A DNA stretch of 64,000 nucleotides from Candidatus Gastranaerophilales bacterium (GTDB lineage: Bacteria > Cyanobacteriota > Vampirovibrionia > Gastranaerophilales > Gastranaerophilaceae): the NCBI GenBank assembly GCA_944325865.1, contig CALVBS010000003.1, positions 11,223-75,222 of the forward strand. Reading direction: 5' to 3'. Each line of letters opens with the position of its first letter. Position 1 is the stretch's first letter. The notes under the pieces are model-generated. The model saw only the letters and a list, made by a program, of their open reading frames with translations, had not been told where the DNA came from and made no database searches. The translations under genes and the position numbers were made by a program. Of this stretch, positions 34,863-45,092 are shown piece after piece.

Positions 34863-34994
34863 TTTTCTCTCCTAAGTTATGAAAATATTATAGCATAAAA
34901 TTATATATTCTAAACAATCAAAATAAAATCAATCACTTGTATGTATCGGCAAAAAATGGTATAATTTAATATATGGATATACAAGGAGAACAGT

Positions 34995-35186
34995 ATGATT
35001 GTTAAGTTAATTTTTCTTATAGTATTTATCTTATCTTTTTCCTGGTGCTACCAGAATATTAACATTGAAGATTTTACCAAGGAAAACATAACAGAGCAGA
35101 TTAAAAAAGAAAAGACTATTAATACTGTTCAGCAAACAAGAGAAAAACGTTATCAGGAAGCTGAGCGTGCTATGAATGCATTTTAA
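34995..35186 (+). CDS. Small hypothetical secreted/membrane protein
   Basis: 63-aa ORF, GGAG SD, N-terminal hydrophobic helix. Confidence 0.4.
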   Translation: MIVKLIFLIVFILSFSWCYQNINIEDFTKENITEQIKKEKTINTVQQTREKRYQEAERAMNAF

Positions 35187-36115
35187 TATATATATGCATC
35201 CTCAAGCAATTTGATTTCATACATGGTTCCGGCAGGCAAGGTGATGTGTCCCCCTTTAGAAGTTATAGCTAATAATGGTGAGCCGGCAAAATTCAGTGCA
35301 TAGACAACTACTCCGGTTATTGTCGGAATAGGAGATATTATTACGCCGATTGGATTATCTGCAAGTTTTGTTGATGCTCTCCTTGTCTTTTTATAGAAAT
35401 TTTCACCTTTATCTATTTGGGCGGCAACATTTTTCCAATATTTTCTTTCACCTTTTATATTATTAAAGAAAATCTTTTTGGAATTTGCTTTTGTAATTTT
35501 AGCATTGATATCGTAGGTTTTTCCATTATATTGTATGCTTGTTGCTTTTAAAACCAGAAGTCCTCCGTTCCCTGAAGCCTGAGGCGGGTGTGATTCTACA
35601 ATAATGCCTTTAAACACTGTGCCTGCCGGAATTGTTAAATATCTTTGAGTCACAAGTTCTGTTGATACAAAGGTCATTCCTGCCCCTGCGGAATTCCAGT
35701 CCGAAACTTTTGTTTGGGATTTTACTTTGAATTTTGTTCCCTTTTTTATTTTTATTGCAGTAATATCATTTTTTATAGAAGTATCAGGCAATGATTTTTT
35801 TACCCGTCCGGTTGAATGGGATGGATTTACTGTAATTGTTGATTTAGGTGGTGTTGAAGGCAGTTGTGACGGCGGGGTATAAGTTTTATCCGGAACGGAT
35901 ATGCTGTCCGGTAATTCCGGTAATGCAGGCATTGCAGGCTGTGAAGTTTTAATCTCAGGAATTGACGGCAGCTGCTCAAGTTCCAGTTTAGAAGGGTTAT
36001 AATTTTTCCTAATTTCTTCATCAACTGACATATCAAGTTCAAGTGAATAAATCGGCATTGCACTTATAAAAAGTACAAATGCCGATATTAATATTTTTTT
36101 TAATGAACCGTTCAT
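35183..36115 (-). CDS. Secreted TrbI/VirB10-like beta-domain protein (paralog of 4542..5660)
   Basis: 310 aa. Signal peptide, Pro-rich linker, IKKGTKFKVKSQTKVS...LTIPAGTVFKGIIV...GGLLVLKATSIQYNGKTYDI pattern, hydrophobic segment, terminal ITLPAGTMYEIKL. Confidence 0.45.
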   Translation of the reverse strand: MNGSLKKILISAFVLFISAMPIYSLELDMSVDEEIRKNYNPSKLELEQLPSIPEIKTSQPAMPALPELPDSISVPDKTYTPPSQLPSTPPKSTITVNPSHSTGRVKKSLPDTSIKNDITAIKIKKGTKFKVKSQTKVSDWNSAGAGMTFVSTELVTQRYLTIPAGTVFKGIIVESHPPQASGNGGLLVLKATSIQYNGKTYDINAKITKANSKKIFFNNIKGERKYWKNVAAQIDKGENFYKKTRRASTKLADNPIGVIISPIPTITGVVVYALNFAGSPLLAITSKGGHITLPAGTMYEIKLLEDAYIY

Positions 36116-36143
36116 AAGTCCACCATATAACTCTAATTGTGTA

Positions 36144-37520
36144 TTAACTGTTTTTTAATAACTCGTTGATAGCTTTAGCGGCTTTTTTACCGGCTCCCAT
36201 TGCGTTAATTGCATTGGATTCACCGACAGGAGCTACATCTCCTCCGGCATAAACAGTAGGGATATTTGTACATCTGGTTTCTCCGTCAACCGTAATGTAG
36301 CCGCGTTTATCCGTGATAATTTCAATCCCTTCAGCTTCTGCAGAACGCTGTATAATCGGGTTCGGACCTGTGCCAAGTGCAACGATTACCGTATCAAGTT
36401 CCATTGTTTCAATTTTTCCTGTCGGAACTGGTTTGCGTCTTCCGCTTTCATCAGGTTCACCGAGTTCCATAACCTCAAGCTCAACTGCTTTTACATAACC
36501 ATCTTCCCCGAGAATCTCTTTTGGTGCATATAAAAATTTGAATACAACACCTTCTTCTTTTGCGTGACGGATTTCTTCTAGACGTGCAGGAAGTTCTTTT
36601 TCCGTACGTCTGTATATAATATAAACTTCTTCAAAACCGACTCTTACTGCTGTTCTGGCTGCGTCCATTGCAACATTACCGCCACCGAATACTGCAACTT
36701 TTTTGCCTACTCTTAAAGGTGTCGGGCTGTTTGCCTGTCCTGCATGCATCAAGTTTACACGGGTTAAAAATTCGTTTGCAGAGAATACTCCGTTGAGATT
36801 TTCTCCCGGAACATGCAACATTTTAGGAAGTCCGGCTCCTGAGCAGATAAATATCGCATCAAATCCGTCATCTTTTAATTGCTTCAAAGTAATTGATTTA
36901 CCGACAATAACGTTTTTACGGAATTGAACCCCCATTGCTTTTAAGTTGTCGATTTCTCTGTCAAGAACAGTTCTGGGAAGTCTGAACGGCGGAATTCCGT
37001 ATCTTAATACTCCGCCAAGTTCGTGAAGTGCTTCAAAAACAACAACTTCATGACCGGCTTTTCTTAGATCTGCTGCTGCCGTAATTCCGGCACAGCCTGA
37101 ACCTACAACTGCAACTTTTTTACCTGAAGGTTTTATTTCCGGCATATCCGCTTTTGTATTGTCTCCTACATATCTTTCCAAGGCTCCGATTGCAACCGGT
37201 AATCCTTTGATTCCAAGAACGCAGTTACCTTCGCATTGTCTTTCCTGAGGGCAGACTCTGCCGCAAACAGATGGCAGCATACTGGTTTCTCTTATAATTT
37301 CGCCTGCTTTTTCCAAATCCCCTTCTTTTATTGCGTGAATAAATTCCGGTATTTGGATGTTAACAGGACAACCCTGAACACATCTAGGATTTTTACAATT
37401 TAAACATCTTGAAGCTTCAAGTTTTACCTGTTCTTCAGTCAGATTGCTTTCTACAGGATTAAAATTGTGTCTTCTTTCCATTTTATCCTGTTCTATAACT
37501 CGTTGTCTTTCAATAGCCAT
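36144..37520 (-). CDS. GltD-family NADPH-dependent oxidoreductase (glutamate synthase small-subunit / NfnB / SudA-like)
   Basis: 458 aa. N-terminal Fe-S Cys motifs (CLNCKNPRCVQGCP, CPQERQCEGNC), VAVVGSGCAG and VFGGGNVAMD dinucleotide folds. Confidence 0.85.
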   Translation of the reverse strand: MAIERQRVIEQDKMERRHNFNPVESNLTEEQVKLEASRCLNCKNPRCVQGCPVNIQIPEFIHAIKEGDLEKAGEIIRETSMLPSVCGRVCPQERQCEGNCVLGIKGLPVAIGALERYVGDNTKADMPEIKPSGKKVAVVGSGCAGITAAADLRKAGHEVVVFEALHELGGVLRYGIPPFRLPRTVLDREIDNLKAMGVQFRKNVIVGKSITLKQLKDDGFDAIFICSGAGLPKMLHVPGENLNGVFSANEFLTRVNLMHAGQANSPTPLRVGKKVAVFGGGNVAMDAARTAVRVGFEEVYIIYRRTEKELPARLEEIRHAKEEGVVFKFLYAPKEILGEDGYVKAVELEVMELGEPDESGRRKPVPTGKIETMELDTVIVALGTGPNPIIQRSAEAEGIEIITDKRGYITVDGETRCTNIPTVYAGGDVAPVGESNAINAMGAGKKAAKAINELLKNS

Positions 37521-37798
37521 CTTATATCCCCTTCTTATTGTCTGTTTGTTTATACTTTAATTGTATCCTAAAAATTCAATAGTGCAAGAAATGCTTATTA
37601 TTTATTTTCGGGTTATCAGCTCTTATGTGGATAGCAAAATACAGAATGTAAGTTTTCTTTATTTTTACGACTTAATAATGAATTGTCGAATTATTTTGAA
37701 TTAATTGTAAATAAATGTAACGAAATGAGCAGCTTGTGAAATTTGTCTTTTTCAGATGTTTTTATATATACAAGAGAACTAAGAGAGAGGCGAGAGTT

Positions 37799-38194
37799 AT
37801 GGCTATTTCAAACATTCAGGAAACTTTATTGATGTACACTAAACAGAAATCTATGCTCAATAATAAATTATCTGATGTTATGTTTGATTTATTGAATGCA
37901 TCAAAAGACAGTTCAGAGGTCCAATCAAAGTATAATGATAAAATACAGGAGTATTACTATCTTTATATGCAGGACGGAATTGACGAAACTTATTATCAGG
38001 AGATAACGGAACAGCTTGAAAAAGAAAGAGAATTTGAGCTTGCTAACTTAAATTCCTGGGAGACCGAGCTTGAACTTGATAAGAATAACTATGAAACGAG
38101 ACTTAACGAGGTCACAACGTTCGAGGCTACCTGGACAAAGTTAATGCAAACCAATATCAAGAACGACTTTACATACGGAGGTGCACAACAGTAG
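37799..38194 (+). CDS. Hypothetical coiled-coil protein
   Basis: 131 aa from ATG37799 (GAGAGAGG SD); the track starts at GTG37736. Confidence 0.5.
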   Translation: MAISNIQETLLMYTKQKSMLNNKLSDVMFDLLNASKDSSEVQSKYNDKIQEYYYLYMQDGIDETYYQEITEQLEKEREFELANLNSWETELELDKNNYETRLNEVTTFEATWTKLMQTNIKNDFTYGGAQQ

Positions 38195-38264
38195 CGTACA
38201 ATTTAATAGTAATTATTTCGAAAAAGCGGCAACTTTGCCGCTTTTTTTGATGTAAAATTAATTT

Positions 38265-39245
38265 ATGATTAACGGCAGAGACAAATTAGGTGTATTTATT
38301 GTTCCGACGGGTATAGGTGCTGCAATAGGCGGATATGCCGGTGATGCAAGCTGTTATGCAAGAAAATTTTCAAAACTGGCTAAACTTATAGTTAATCCAA
38401 ATGTTGTTAATGCCGGCGGATTTTCCGGTATTAATGATAATATGTTTTATGTTGAGGGATATTCACTTGATGAATTTTTCAAAGGGAATATAAATTTACA
38501 ACCGTCTGTTTCAAATAGGATAGGTATTGTTTTTGATAAGGCTATACCGTCTGATGTTCTAAATGTTCATATAAATACCATAAATGCGGTTAAAACTGTT
38601 TACGGAATTGATATTTGCGGTTACGACGTAACATTAAAAGAGGCAGGAGTTGAATTTAATCTTAATTCTGACGGAGTTTCATCCGGTAGTGTAAAAAATA
38701 TTGAAACACTTATTGCGTCGGCAAAAAAACTTATTGCAAACGGTGCTGAAGCGATTGCGGTTGTTTGTATGTTTGATGATCCTGAGGATATGAATGAGGA
38801 TTATGCAAACGGTGAGGGTACCGATCCTGTAGGAGGAGTTGAGGCAATAATTTCTCATTGTATGTCTAAAGCATTGAATGTTCCTGTTGCACATTCTCCT
38901 GCATTTGCGGATTATTCTATTTCGTCCGAAATAGTTAATCCTAAATCTTCTTCTGAATATATAACACCGACGTTTCTGCCATGTGTACTTCTTGGCCTTT
39001 CAAGTGCTCCAAAACTTGTAAATACAGGCGGCATAGGTATTAATAACGTTGATTTTCTTGTAATGCCTTATGATTCACTCGGGTGTGTCCCTGTGTTTGA
39101 GGCATTAAAGAAGAATATTCCTGTTTATGTGATTAAAGAAAATACCACCGCATTGAATGTAACAAACAAACTTTTGCATAAATCTGATAATATCAGAGAG
39201 TTTGAAACTTATGATGAATGTTACAAGTTCCTTTCGCTTTTATAA
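38265..39245 (+). CDS. Conserved hypothetical protein (DUF3326-like)
   Basis: 326 aa. PTGIGAAIGGYAGDAS N-terminal motif as I recall it for DUF3326. Assignment from memory only. Confidence 0.5.
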   Translation: MINGRDKLGVFIVPTGIGAAIGGYAGDASCYARKFSKLAKLIVNPNVVNAGGFSGINDNMFYVEGYSLDEFFKGNINLQPSVSNRIGIVFDKAIPSDVLNVHINTINAVKTVYGIDICGYDVTLKEAGVEFNLNSDGVSSGSVKNIETLIASAKKLIANGAEAIAVVCMFDDPEDMNEDYANGEGTDPVGGVEAIISHCMSKALNVPVAHSPAFADYSISSEIVNPKSSSEYITPTFLPCVLLGLSSAPKLVNTGGIGINNVDFLVMPYDSLGCVPVFEALKKNIPVYVIKENTTALNVTNKLLHKSDNIREFETYDECYKFLSLL

Positions 39246-39449
39246 TTTATCTATAAATTCCAATTTATAGTTTAGTAAATCCGCAATTATGTAAGCCTCA
39301 TCCAGTGAAAGAGAGCCTCGCTGAAGCTTTCCTGTTAAGCTTTTAAATGTATAAGGTTTTCCGGTCTTCTCTCTCATCATTTCTGCAAGCTTTGTGATAG
39401 TAAGACCTCTCATAACTATTAATGTTTTAATAATTTTCCTTGCATACAT
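39240..39449 (-). CDS. Small helix-turn-helix DNA-binding protein
   Basis: 69 aa. LTITKLAEMMREKTGKPYTFKSLTGKLQRGSLSLDEAYIIADLL resembles an XRE-like HTH. Confidence 0.5.
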   Translation of the reverse strand: MYARKIIKTLIVMRGLTITKLAEMMREKTGKPYTFKSLTGKLQRGSLSLDEAYIIADLLNYKLEFIDKL

Positions 39450-39568
39450 CCAATGTATTATAGTTTACTTGACAAAACAAGTTAAATTTGTTAATCTGTT
39501 GCCTATATATGAGTAATATTGCAATTATTCAAGTAATAATTTTTACATAACAGAAAGATGGTGAATAT

Positions 39569-40324
39569 ATGAGAATGTTTGGAAAGTATGCATTTACTTT
39601 AGCCGAAGTTCTGATTACTCTCGGAATAATCGGTATTGTGGCCGCAATGACGCTTCCTTCAATAATTCAGAAACAGCAGGACAAAATTACTGTTACAAAG
39701 TTGAAAAAGATGTATAGTGTATTGTCCCAAGCATATTTGTTTGCTGTCGGTGAATACGGAACTCCTGACACCTGGGGGTTTGGAAACCGTGATACCGGTG
39801 CAGAGGATGATGAGGATACCGATTATGTAGCCGGCAATGCTTCTATCGTGAAAAATATACTTTTTAAACAGGTTAAAAATATTCACATTTGTGATAAGGC
39901 TATGGACAAAACTTCTTGCGGACTTGCTGACAGATATTATTATGAAGGCGGCTCCGAGGCAACGGAACTGTTTAGCAAAGTGTCCAGTCTTTCCATTGTT
40001 GACGGTAGCAGTATATTAGTGTTAATAAATAATGGAACTTGTGCTGATATTCGCGGGACTGACAAATATTTGAAGAATATTTGCGGATGGATTTTTGTAG
40101 ATATTAATAATGTAAAACCGCCAAATACATTAGGACGGGATTTGTTTGGTTTTTATATAACAAAATACGGTATTATACCTGAAGGTACCGCAAATGAAAC
40201 AATGTATAACATTAATACAACAATAGGACATGGTAAAACCGCATGGGTTATATTTAATGAAAACCTTGATTATCTTAAATGTCCGGGTCAGTTAAGCTGG
40301 AATGGAAAGAAAACCTGTAATTAA
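39569..40324 (+). CDS. Prepilin-type N-terminal cleavage/methylation domain protein (pseudopilin-like)
   Basis: 251 aa. MRMFGKYA|FTLAEVLITLGIIGIVAAMTLPS N-terminus. Confidence 0.8.
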   Translation: MRMFGKYAFTLAEVLITLGIIGIVAAMTLPSIIQKQQDKITVTKLKKMYSVLSQAYLFAVGEYGTPDTWGFGNRDTGAEDDEDTDYVAGNASIVKNILFKQVKNIHICDKAMDKTSCGLADRYYYEGGSEATELFSKVSSLSIVDGSSILVLINNGTCADIRGTDKYLKNICGWIFVDINNVKPPNTLGRDLFGFYITKYGIIPEGTANETMYNINTTIGHGKTAWVIFNENLDYLKCPGQLSWNGKKTCN

Positions 40325-40330
40325 TATCAT

Positions 40331-41134
40331 TTATAAGTTTATTAATTCAGGACGTTCTGTTATTTCATAAAACATTGAACCTGCTTTTTGGAAATTTTCA
40401 GGATTGGCACTGACATAAAATTTTTCATTACCATTTGAAGTTTTATCAGATAACAAATTATTTTTTCTTAAATCTTCTTTTATAAATTCAACAAAAGCCT
40501 TTGCAGGATTGATAAAAATATTTTCAGGAGCAAATTGTTTCAACTGGTTGATAAGATACGGATAATGGGTGCATCCGAGAATTATTTTATCCGGATGAAG
40601 ATTCATCATTTCGTCTGTTTTTGTTTTTATTTTTGTCAAACTGTCAGCGTCATTTTCTCTTTTTTCTTCGACTATTTTAACCCAATCAGGACATGCTGTT
40701 TCAATTACTTTGATATTTTTGTTTAGGGTGTTAATTCCTTTTTGATACGCATGTGAATTAATTGTAGCCTGTGTTGCAAAAACCCCGATTGTTGTAACGG
40801 GTAATTTTGCCAGAATATTTGTAACGGATTGAATTATAGGATATATTTTGAACGGATAATTATCTTTTAATTCATTATATACGTTAGCAGACGTAGTATT
40901 ACATGCCATAACCACTGCTTTTACCTGTTGCTTTTCAAAAAATTCAAATATATTTCCGGAAAATTTTATTAATTCGTCTTTTGTTTTTTCTCCATAAGGC
41001 ACATTCTTTGTGTCTCCAAAGTACAAACAATCTTCTGAAGGTAAAAGTTCTCTGAATTGTTTTAAAACAGTCAGTCCACCTACGCCTGAATCGAAAAATC
41101 CTATGGGGTTATTGTTAATTTTGTTTGAAATAAT
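40331..41134 (-). CDS. murI: Glutamate racemase, apparently using a non-canonical start codon
   Basis: The frame is open from the TGA at 41138-41140 and encodes the obligatory N-terminal PIGFFDSGVGGLTV motif upstream of the first canonical start (TTG41026). ATT41134 lies 6 nt after a GGAG. Confidence 0.8.
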   Translation of the reverse strand: MISNKINNNPIGFFDSGVGGLTVLKQFRELLPSEDCLYFGDTKNVPYGEKTKDELIKFSGNIFEFFEKQQVKAVVMACNTTSANVYNELKDNYPFKIYPIIQSVTNILAKLPVTTIGVFATQATINSHAYQKGINTLNKNIKVIETACPDWVKIVEEKRENDADSLTKIKTKTDEMMNLHPDKIILGCTHYPYLINQLKQFAPENIFINPAKAFVEFIKEDLRKNNLLSDKTSNGNEKFYVSANPENFQKAGSMFYEITERPELINL

Positions 41135-42965
41135 TCTTCACTCCTTCTACGATAGCCTGAGCAGTATCATTTTTTCTTTTTTCACTCACAAGCTGGCTGC
41201 GTTCATTATCGTTCGAAATAAATCCGATTTCAATAAGTATTGCAGGATCTGTTGTATGGTTGATTACATAGAATTTTGATTTAAACAAACCTCTGTTTTT
41301 AGAGTTTATTTTACTTGCCAGTGCAGAGTGAACTGTTTGTGCAAGATTCATACTTTCCTGATGATAATAATGGGTTTCTATTCCGGTAATTTCAGGTTTT
41401 ACACTTGAATTTACATGGATACTTACAAAGATATCCGGTTCAAAAGCTTCGCTTATATCAACTCTGCCCTGAAGTGATACGTAAGTATCATTGGTACGTG
41501 TCATTTTAACGGCGTACCCTTCTTTTTTCAGCAATGCTTCTACTCTTTTTGAAACATCAAGAGTTATATCTTTTTCATTAATACCATTTCTTATTGCTCC
41601 GTAATCAGAACCTCCGTGTCCTGCATCTATTACAACTTTTCTTGTGCCTTTTGGAACATTTGAGACTACAGGTTGTTTCACTTCTACTTTTTTCGGAGCT
41701 TTGACTTTTATTTTTATTGTTTTTCCATCTGCACCCATATATGTATTAACAAGACTGTTGGCTTCTATCGGAACTGTTAATTTTAGGCCTATCTGCGGAA
41801 TAAGTTCTATTACTGCATGTGAAAATGCGGTATTTGCAAAGGTATTTTTAAATGTCGTTTCATTATAATTTGTTGTGTTATACAGGTACAAAATTACAGA
41901 ATTATTTGTTCTGTCTATACCGTGAACAACAGGGGCATTAAATGACAGTGTCATTGCATTTGTTTGTGAATCAATTTTTTCATTGTTATAGGCAATAATA
42001 CTATTGGTATTTGTATATAATGTATTTGATTTAACTGTTTTATAGTTTGCAATTAATAAAGACTGGTTATCACTTGAATAAATAGGGATATAATCTTCAA
42101 CCGCGTTTGTTGTAATAACTACGCGGGCTTTATTAACCGAGAATTGACCGATTTTAACAGTATCTGTTTCATTAAGTTTGTATTCTTTATTTCTGATATT
42201 TTGTGCAACAAGCGTGTTTGACAGGTCAAATACAATACGCGACGGGTTTGTCAAAATCATCGGTTTTTCGATTGTTAAAGCTCCAAATCCGTTTATTAAT
42301 ACTGCATTAGGTTTTGCCGTAAGTTGTTCTATATAATATTTTGTATTTAATTTAAGTGTTTTCTTTTCATTTTTGATTATTGGAAGTACCTGTGGAATGG
42401 CATTATTAAAAGCTTCCTGAAGCTGTGTAACTATATCATCTCCTACCGCAGGAACTTCAACAGGGCTGGTTACAGTTAGATATTCATAAAAGTCGCTCGA
42501 TGAAACATGCTCATCTCTATAGGTATTTTGAAAATATGTGTCGCTGTAACCGTTATTTTTTAATTTTAATATAATATTGTTTTTAACCCTTATGAGTTTT
42601 AAATCAGAAGAATCATAATCTTCGTCAAAATAAATAACAACTCTTACTACATTAGGATTTGTGGAAAATTGATTAATTTTTACCTGTTTAATTCCCTGAG
42701 AATTGAATGTCCAATCCTGCTTTGGCATAGTTATAATTGCAGAATTAATATCAAAATAAGCCCTTTTAGGGTTCTCCATATTTACTATTTTTACTGAATC
42801 CATTATCGGCTCTGTCGTTCCGTCAAGTGCCGATATTACTATCATTGAATTTGAGGTATCAAAGTTTGCGGATGTAATTTTAAACGTATCTTCCGCCCTC
42901 ACGGCAGGGTTAAATGTAAATATTAGCAATAAAAATAATAATAATATATTTAGAAATCTTTTCAT
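41115..42965 (-). CDS. N-acetylmuramoyl-L-alanine amidase (Amidase_3, AmiC-like) with N-terminal AMIN-like repeats
   Basis: 616 aa. Signal peptide. C-terminal VVIDAGHGGSDYGA...DIFVSIHVNS...ILIEIGFISN catalytic domain. Confidence 0.9.
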   Translation of the reverse strand: MKRFLNILLLFLLLIFTFNPAVRAEDTFKITSANFDTSNSMIVISALDGTTEPIMDSVKIVNMENPKRAYFDINSAIITMPKQDWTFNSQGIKQVKINQFSTNPNVVRVVIYFDEDYDSSDLKLIRVKNNIILKLKNNGYSDTYFQNTYRDEHVSSSDFYEYLTVTSPVEVPAVGDDIVTQLQEAFNNAIPQVLPIIKNEKKTLKLNTKYYIEQLTAKPNAVLINGFGALTIEKPMILTNPSRIVFDLSNTLVAQNIRNKEYKLNETDTVKIGQFSVNKARVVITTNAVEDYIPIYSSDNQSLLIANYKTVKSNTLYTNTNSIIAYNNEKIDSQTNAMTLSFNAPVVHGIDRTNNSVILYLYNTTNYNETTFKNTFANTAFSHAVIELIPQIGLKLTVPIEANSLVNTYMGADGKTIKIKVKAPKKVEVKQPVVSNVPKGTRKVVIDAGHGGSDYGAIRNGINEKDITLDVSKRVEALLKKEGYAVKMTRTNDTYVSLQGRVDISEAFEPDIFVSIHVNSSVKPEITGIETHYYHQESMNLAQTVHSALASKINSKNRGLFKSKFYVINHTTDPAILIEIGFISNDNERSQLVSEKRKNDTAQAIVEGVKNYFKQN

Positions 42966-43095
42966 ATTAAATAATCCCGTTACTTATTATATAATATAAG
43001 TTGTGATTATTTTTTTCAAATTTGTAACGAATCATGACGGAAGCTCTGATATGAAGACTTGCATTGTCTCATTTATTCCGTAACGGATAAAATAG

Positions 43096-43308
43096 CTATT
43101 TAATAACGCCGTCCTTTAGTGCTATATAAACTGCTTGAGTTCTTGTTCTTGCGTTGAGTTTTTTCAAAATTGCACTGATATGAGCTTTGACTGTATGAAC
43201 ACTGACATACAGTATATCAGCAATTTCACTGTTTCCGTATCCTTCGGTTAAAAGTTTCAAAATATATGCCTCACGGGTTGTTAATGTATTAAAATCTGTA
43301 GTATTCAT
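43096..43308 (-). CDS. Stand-alone LuxR/GerE-type HTH transcriptional regulator
   Basis: 70 aa. LTTREAYILKLLTEGYGNSEIADILYVSVHTVKAHISAILKKL. Confidence 0.8.
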   Translation of the reverse strand: MNTTDFNTLTTREAYILKLLTEGYGNSEIADILYVSVHTVKAHISAILKKLNARTRTQAVYIALKDGVIK

Positions 43309-43387
43309 ATCAGCCTCCTGATTTTATTATGATACAGAATGGCAAAATATAAAACAAATTTATTAATAATATTGCCGTAAAATTAAG

Positions 43388-43972
43388 TTAATTATATTTA
43401 TTTTTATCATCCGGTGAAATTTTACGAAGAACTTTGCAAGGGTTCCCTACAGCGAGCACGCCGGAAGGGATGTCCTTAGTAACAACGCTTCCGGCTCCGA
43501 TTACGGTATCATCACCTATTGTTACTCCGGGTAGGACAGTTACGTTGCCGCCAAACCAAACTCTGTTACCAACCGTTATCGGTTTTGCATATTCAAGCAG
43601 GGAAATTCTTGTTTCGCTGTCAAGAGGATGAAGTGCTGTGTAAAATCCGCAATTAGGGCCGACCATTACGTAATCTCCGAAAGTTATTTTATTACAGTCG
43701 AGCATTACACAATTATGGTTTGCATAAAATCTTTCACCTGTTTCAATATTATAGCCATAGTCACAAAAGAAGTTTGATTCTATCAAGATACCGTCTTTTG
43801 TTTTTCCGAACAGTTGCTTGATAATATTCAGTCTTTCTTCTGTTTTGTCAGGGGAGAGTGAATTATATTCAAAACAGAGCGTTTTAGCACGTTTTCTGTC
43901 ATTTTCAAGCTCTGGATCCGTTGTATAATAACCAATGCCTTTCAACATTTTTTCTTTTTCACTTATTTGCAT
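43388..43972 (-). CDS. Sugar O-acetyltransferase (Maa/LacA hexapeptide-repeat family)
   Basis: 194 aa. Left-handed beta-helix repeats (VWFGGNVTVLPGVTIGDDTVIGAGSVV) and a Maa-type N-terminus. Confidence 0.85.
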   Translation of the reverse strand: MQISEKEKMLKGIGYYTTDPELENDRKRAKTLCFEYNSLSPDKTEERLNIIKQLFGKTKDGILIESNFFCDYGYNIETGERFYANHNCVMLDCNKITFGDYVMVGPNCGFYTALHPLDSETRISLLEYAKPITVGNRVWFGGNVTVLPGVTIGDDTVIGAGSVVTKDIPSGVLAVGNPCKVLRKISPDDKNKYN

Positions 43973-44131
43973 TTGAATCCCCTTCTATCTATAGCTCTAT
44001 TATACCTGAAACAGATTTCGATACAATATAAAGATAAATGGTTTTATTGCGATATAAATCCTTTTTTACTTCTATAGTTTTTTATTTTTTACCGGGTATT
44101 ATTTAATAAGTTGGGAAAAGAGATATGAAAT

Positions 44132-45079
44132 ATGAAAAAGAATGATAAAATTTATATTGCCGGACACAGAGGGCTTGTAGGTTCCGCAATAAAAAGAGAA
44201 TTTGAGGAGCAAGGATTTAGCGGAATTCTTGTTAAAACCCACAGGGAGTTGGATTTGACAGATAGTGCGGCTGTTGCGGAATTCTTTGAAAAAGAAAAGC
44301 CGCAATATGTGATTCTCGCAGCGGCAAAGGTTGGAGGTATTCTCGGAAATAATACGTATCCTGTTGAGTTCTTTACTGAAAATATGAAAATTCAGCTTAA
44401 TGTTATAGAAAACTCATTTAAAAATAATGTCAAAAAACTACTGTTTCTCGGCTCAAGCTGTATATACCCTAAAAATGCTTCGCAGCCTATGAAAGAGGAA
44501 TATCTTTTGTCATCAAAATTAGAGAAAACTAATGAGATGTATGCACTGGCCAAAATTTCGGGTTTGAAACTGTGTGCGGCATATAACAGGGAATACGGCA
44601 CCGATTATATTTCTGTTATGCCGTGTAATCTCTATGGATTAAACGATAATTATGATTTGAAGAATGCCCATGTTCTGCCGATGCTTGTGAGAAGATTTCA
44701 TGAGGCAAAAGTTAATAATCTGGCGGAAGTGGTTGTCTGGGGAACAGGCATGCCAAAACGTGAATTTATGTATGCAGGAGATTTGGCGAAAGCTGTTGTG
44801 TTTTTGCTTGAAAACAAATCAGCATCAGAAATCGGCGAATTTATTAATATCGGAACCGGTGAGGAAATTACCATTTTTGAACTCGCAGAACTGATAAAAG
44901 AAGTTATCGGGTTTAAAGGCAAGATTGTCTTTGATACCTCAAAACCCGACGGAACTATGCGAAAATTAATGGATGTGTCAAGAATCAATAATCTTGGCTG
45001 GCATGCTCAAACTTCTTTAAAAGACGGCATAAAACTTGTATATGAAGATTTTTTGAATAATAGAAATATCAGACTGTAG
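44132..45079 (+). CDS. fcl: GDP-L-fucose synthase (GDP-4-keto-6-deoxymannose 3,5-epimerase/4-reductase)
   Basis: 315 aa. IYIAGHRGLVGSA, LGSSCIYPK, YALAK, PCNLYG, VWGTG.P.REF pattern. Confidence 0.92.
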   Translation: MKKNDKIYIAGHRGLVGSAIKREFEEQGFSGILVKTHRELDLTDSAAVAEFFEKEKPQYVILAAAKVGGILGNNTYPVEFFTENMKIQLNVIENSFKNNVKKLLFLGSSCIYPKNASQPMKEEYLLSSKLEKTNEMYALAKISGLKLCAAYNREYGTDYISVMPCNLYGLNDNYDLKNAHVLPMLVRRFHEAKVNNLAEVVVWGTGMPKREFMYAGDLAKAVVFLLENKSASEIGEFINIGTGEEITIFELAELIKEVIGFKGKIVFDTSKPDGTMRKLMDVSRINNLGWHAQTSLKDGIKLVYEDFLNNRNIRL

Positions 45080-45092
45080 TCAGAATAATGAA

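Noticed and set aside
41010-41279. 89-aa plus-strand ORF across the murI/amidase junction
   Set aside because: It is antisense to two well-supported peptidoglycan genes and has no SD.
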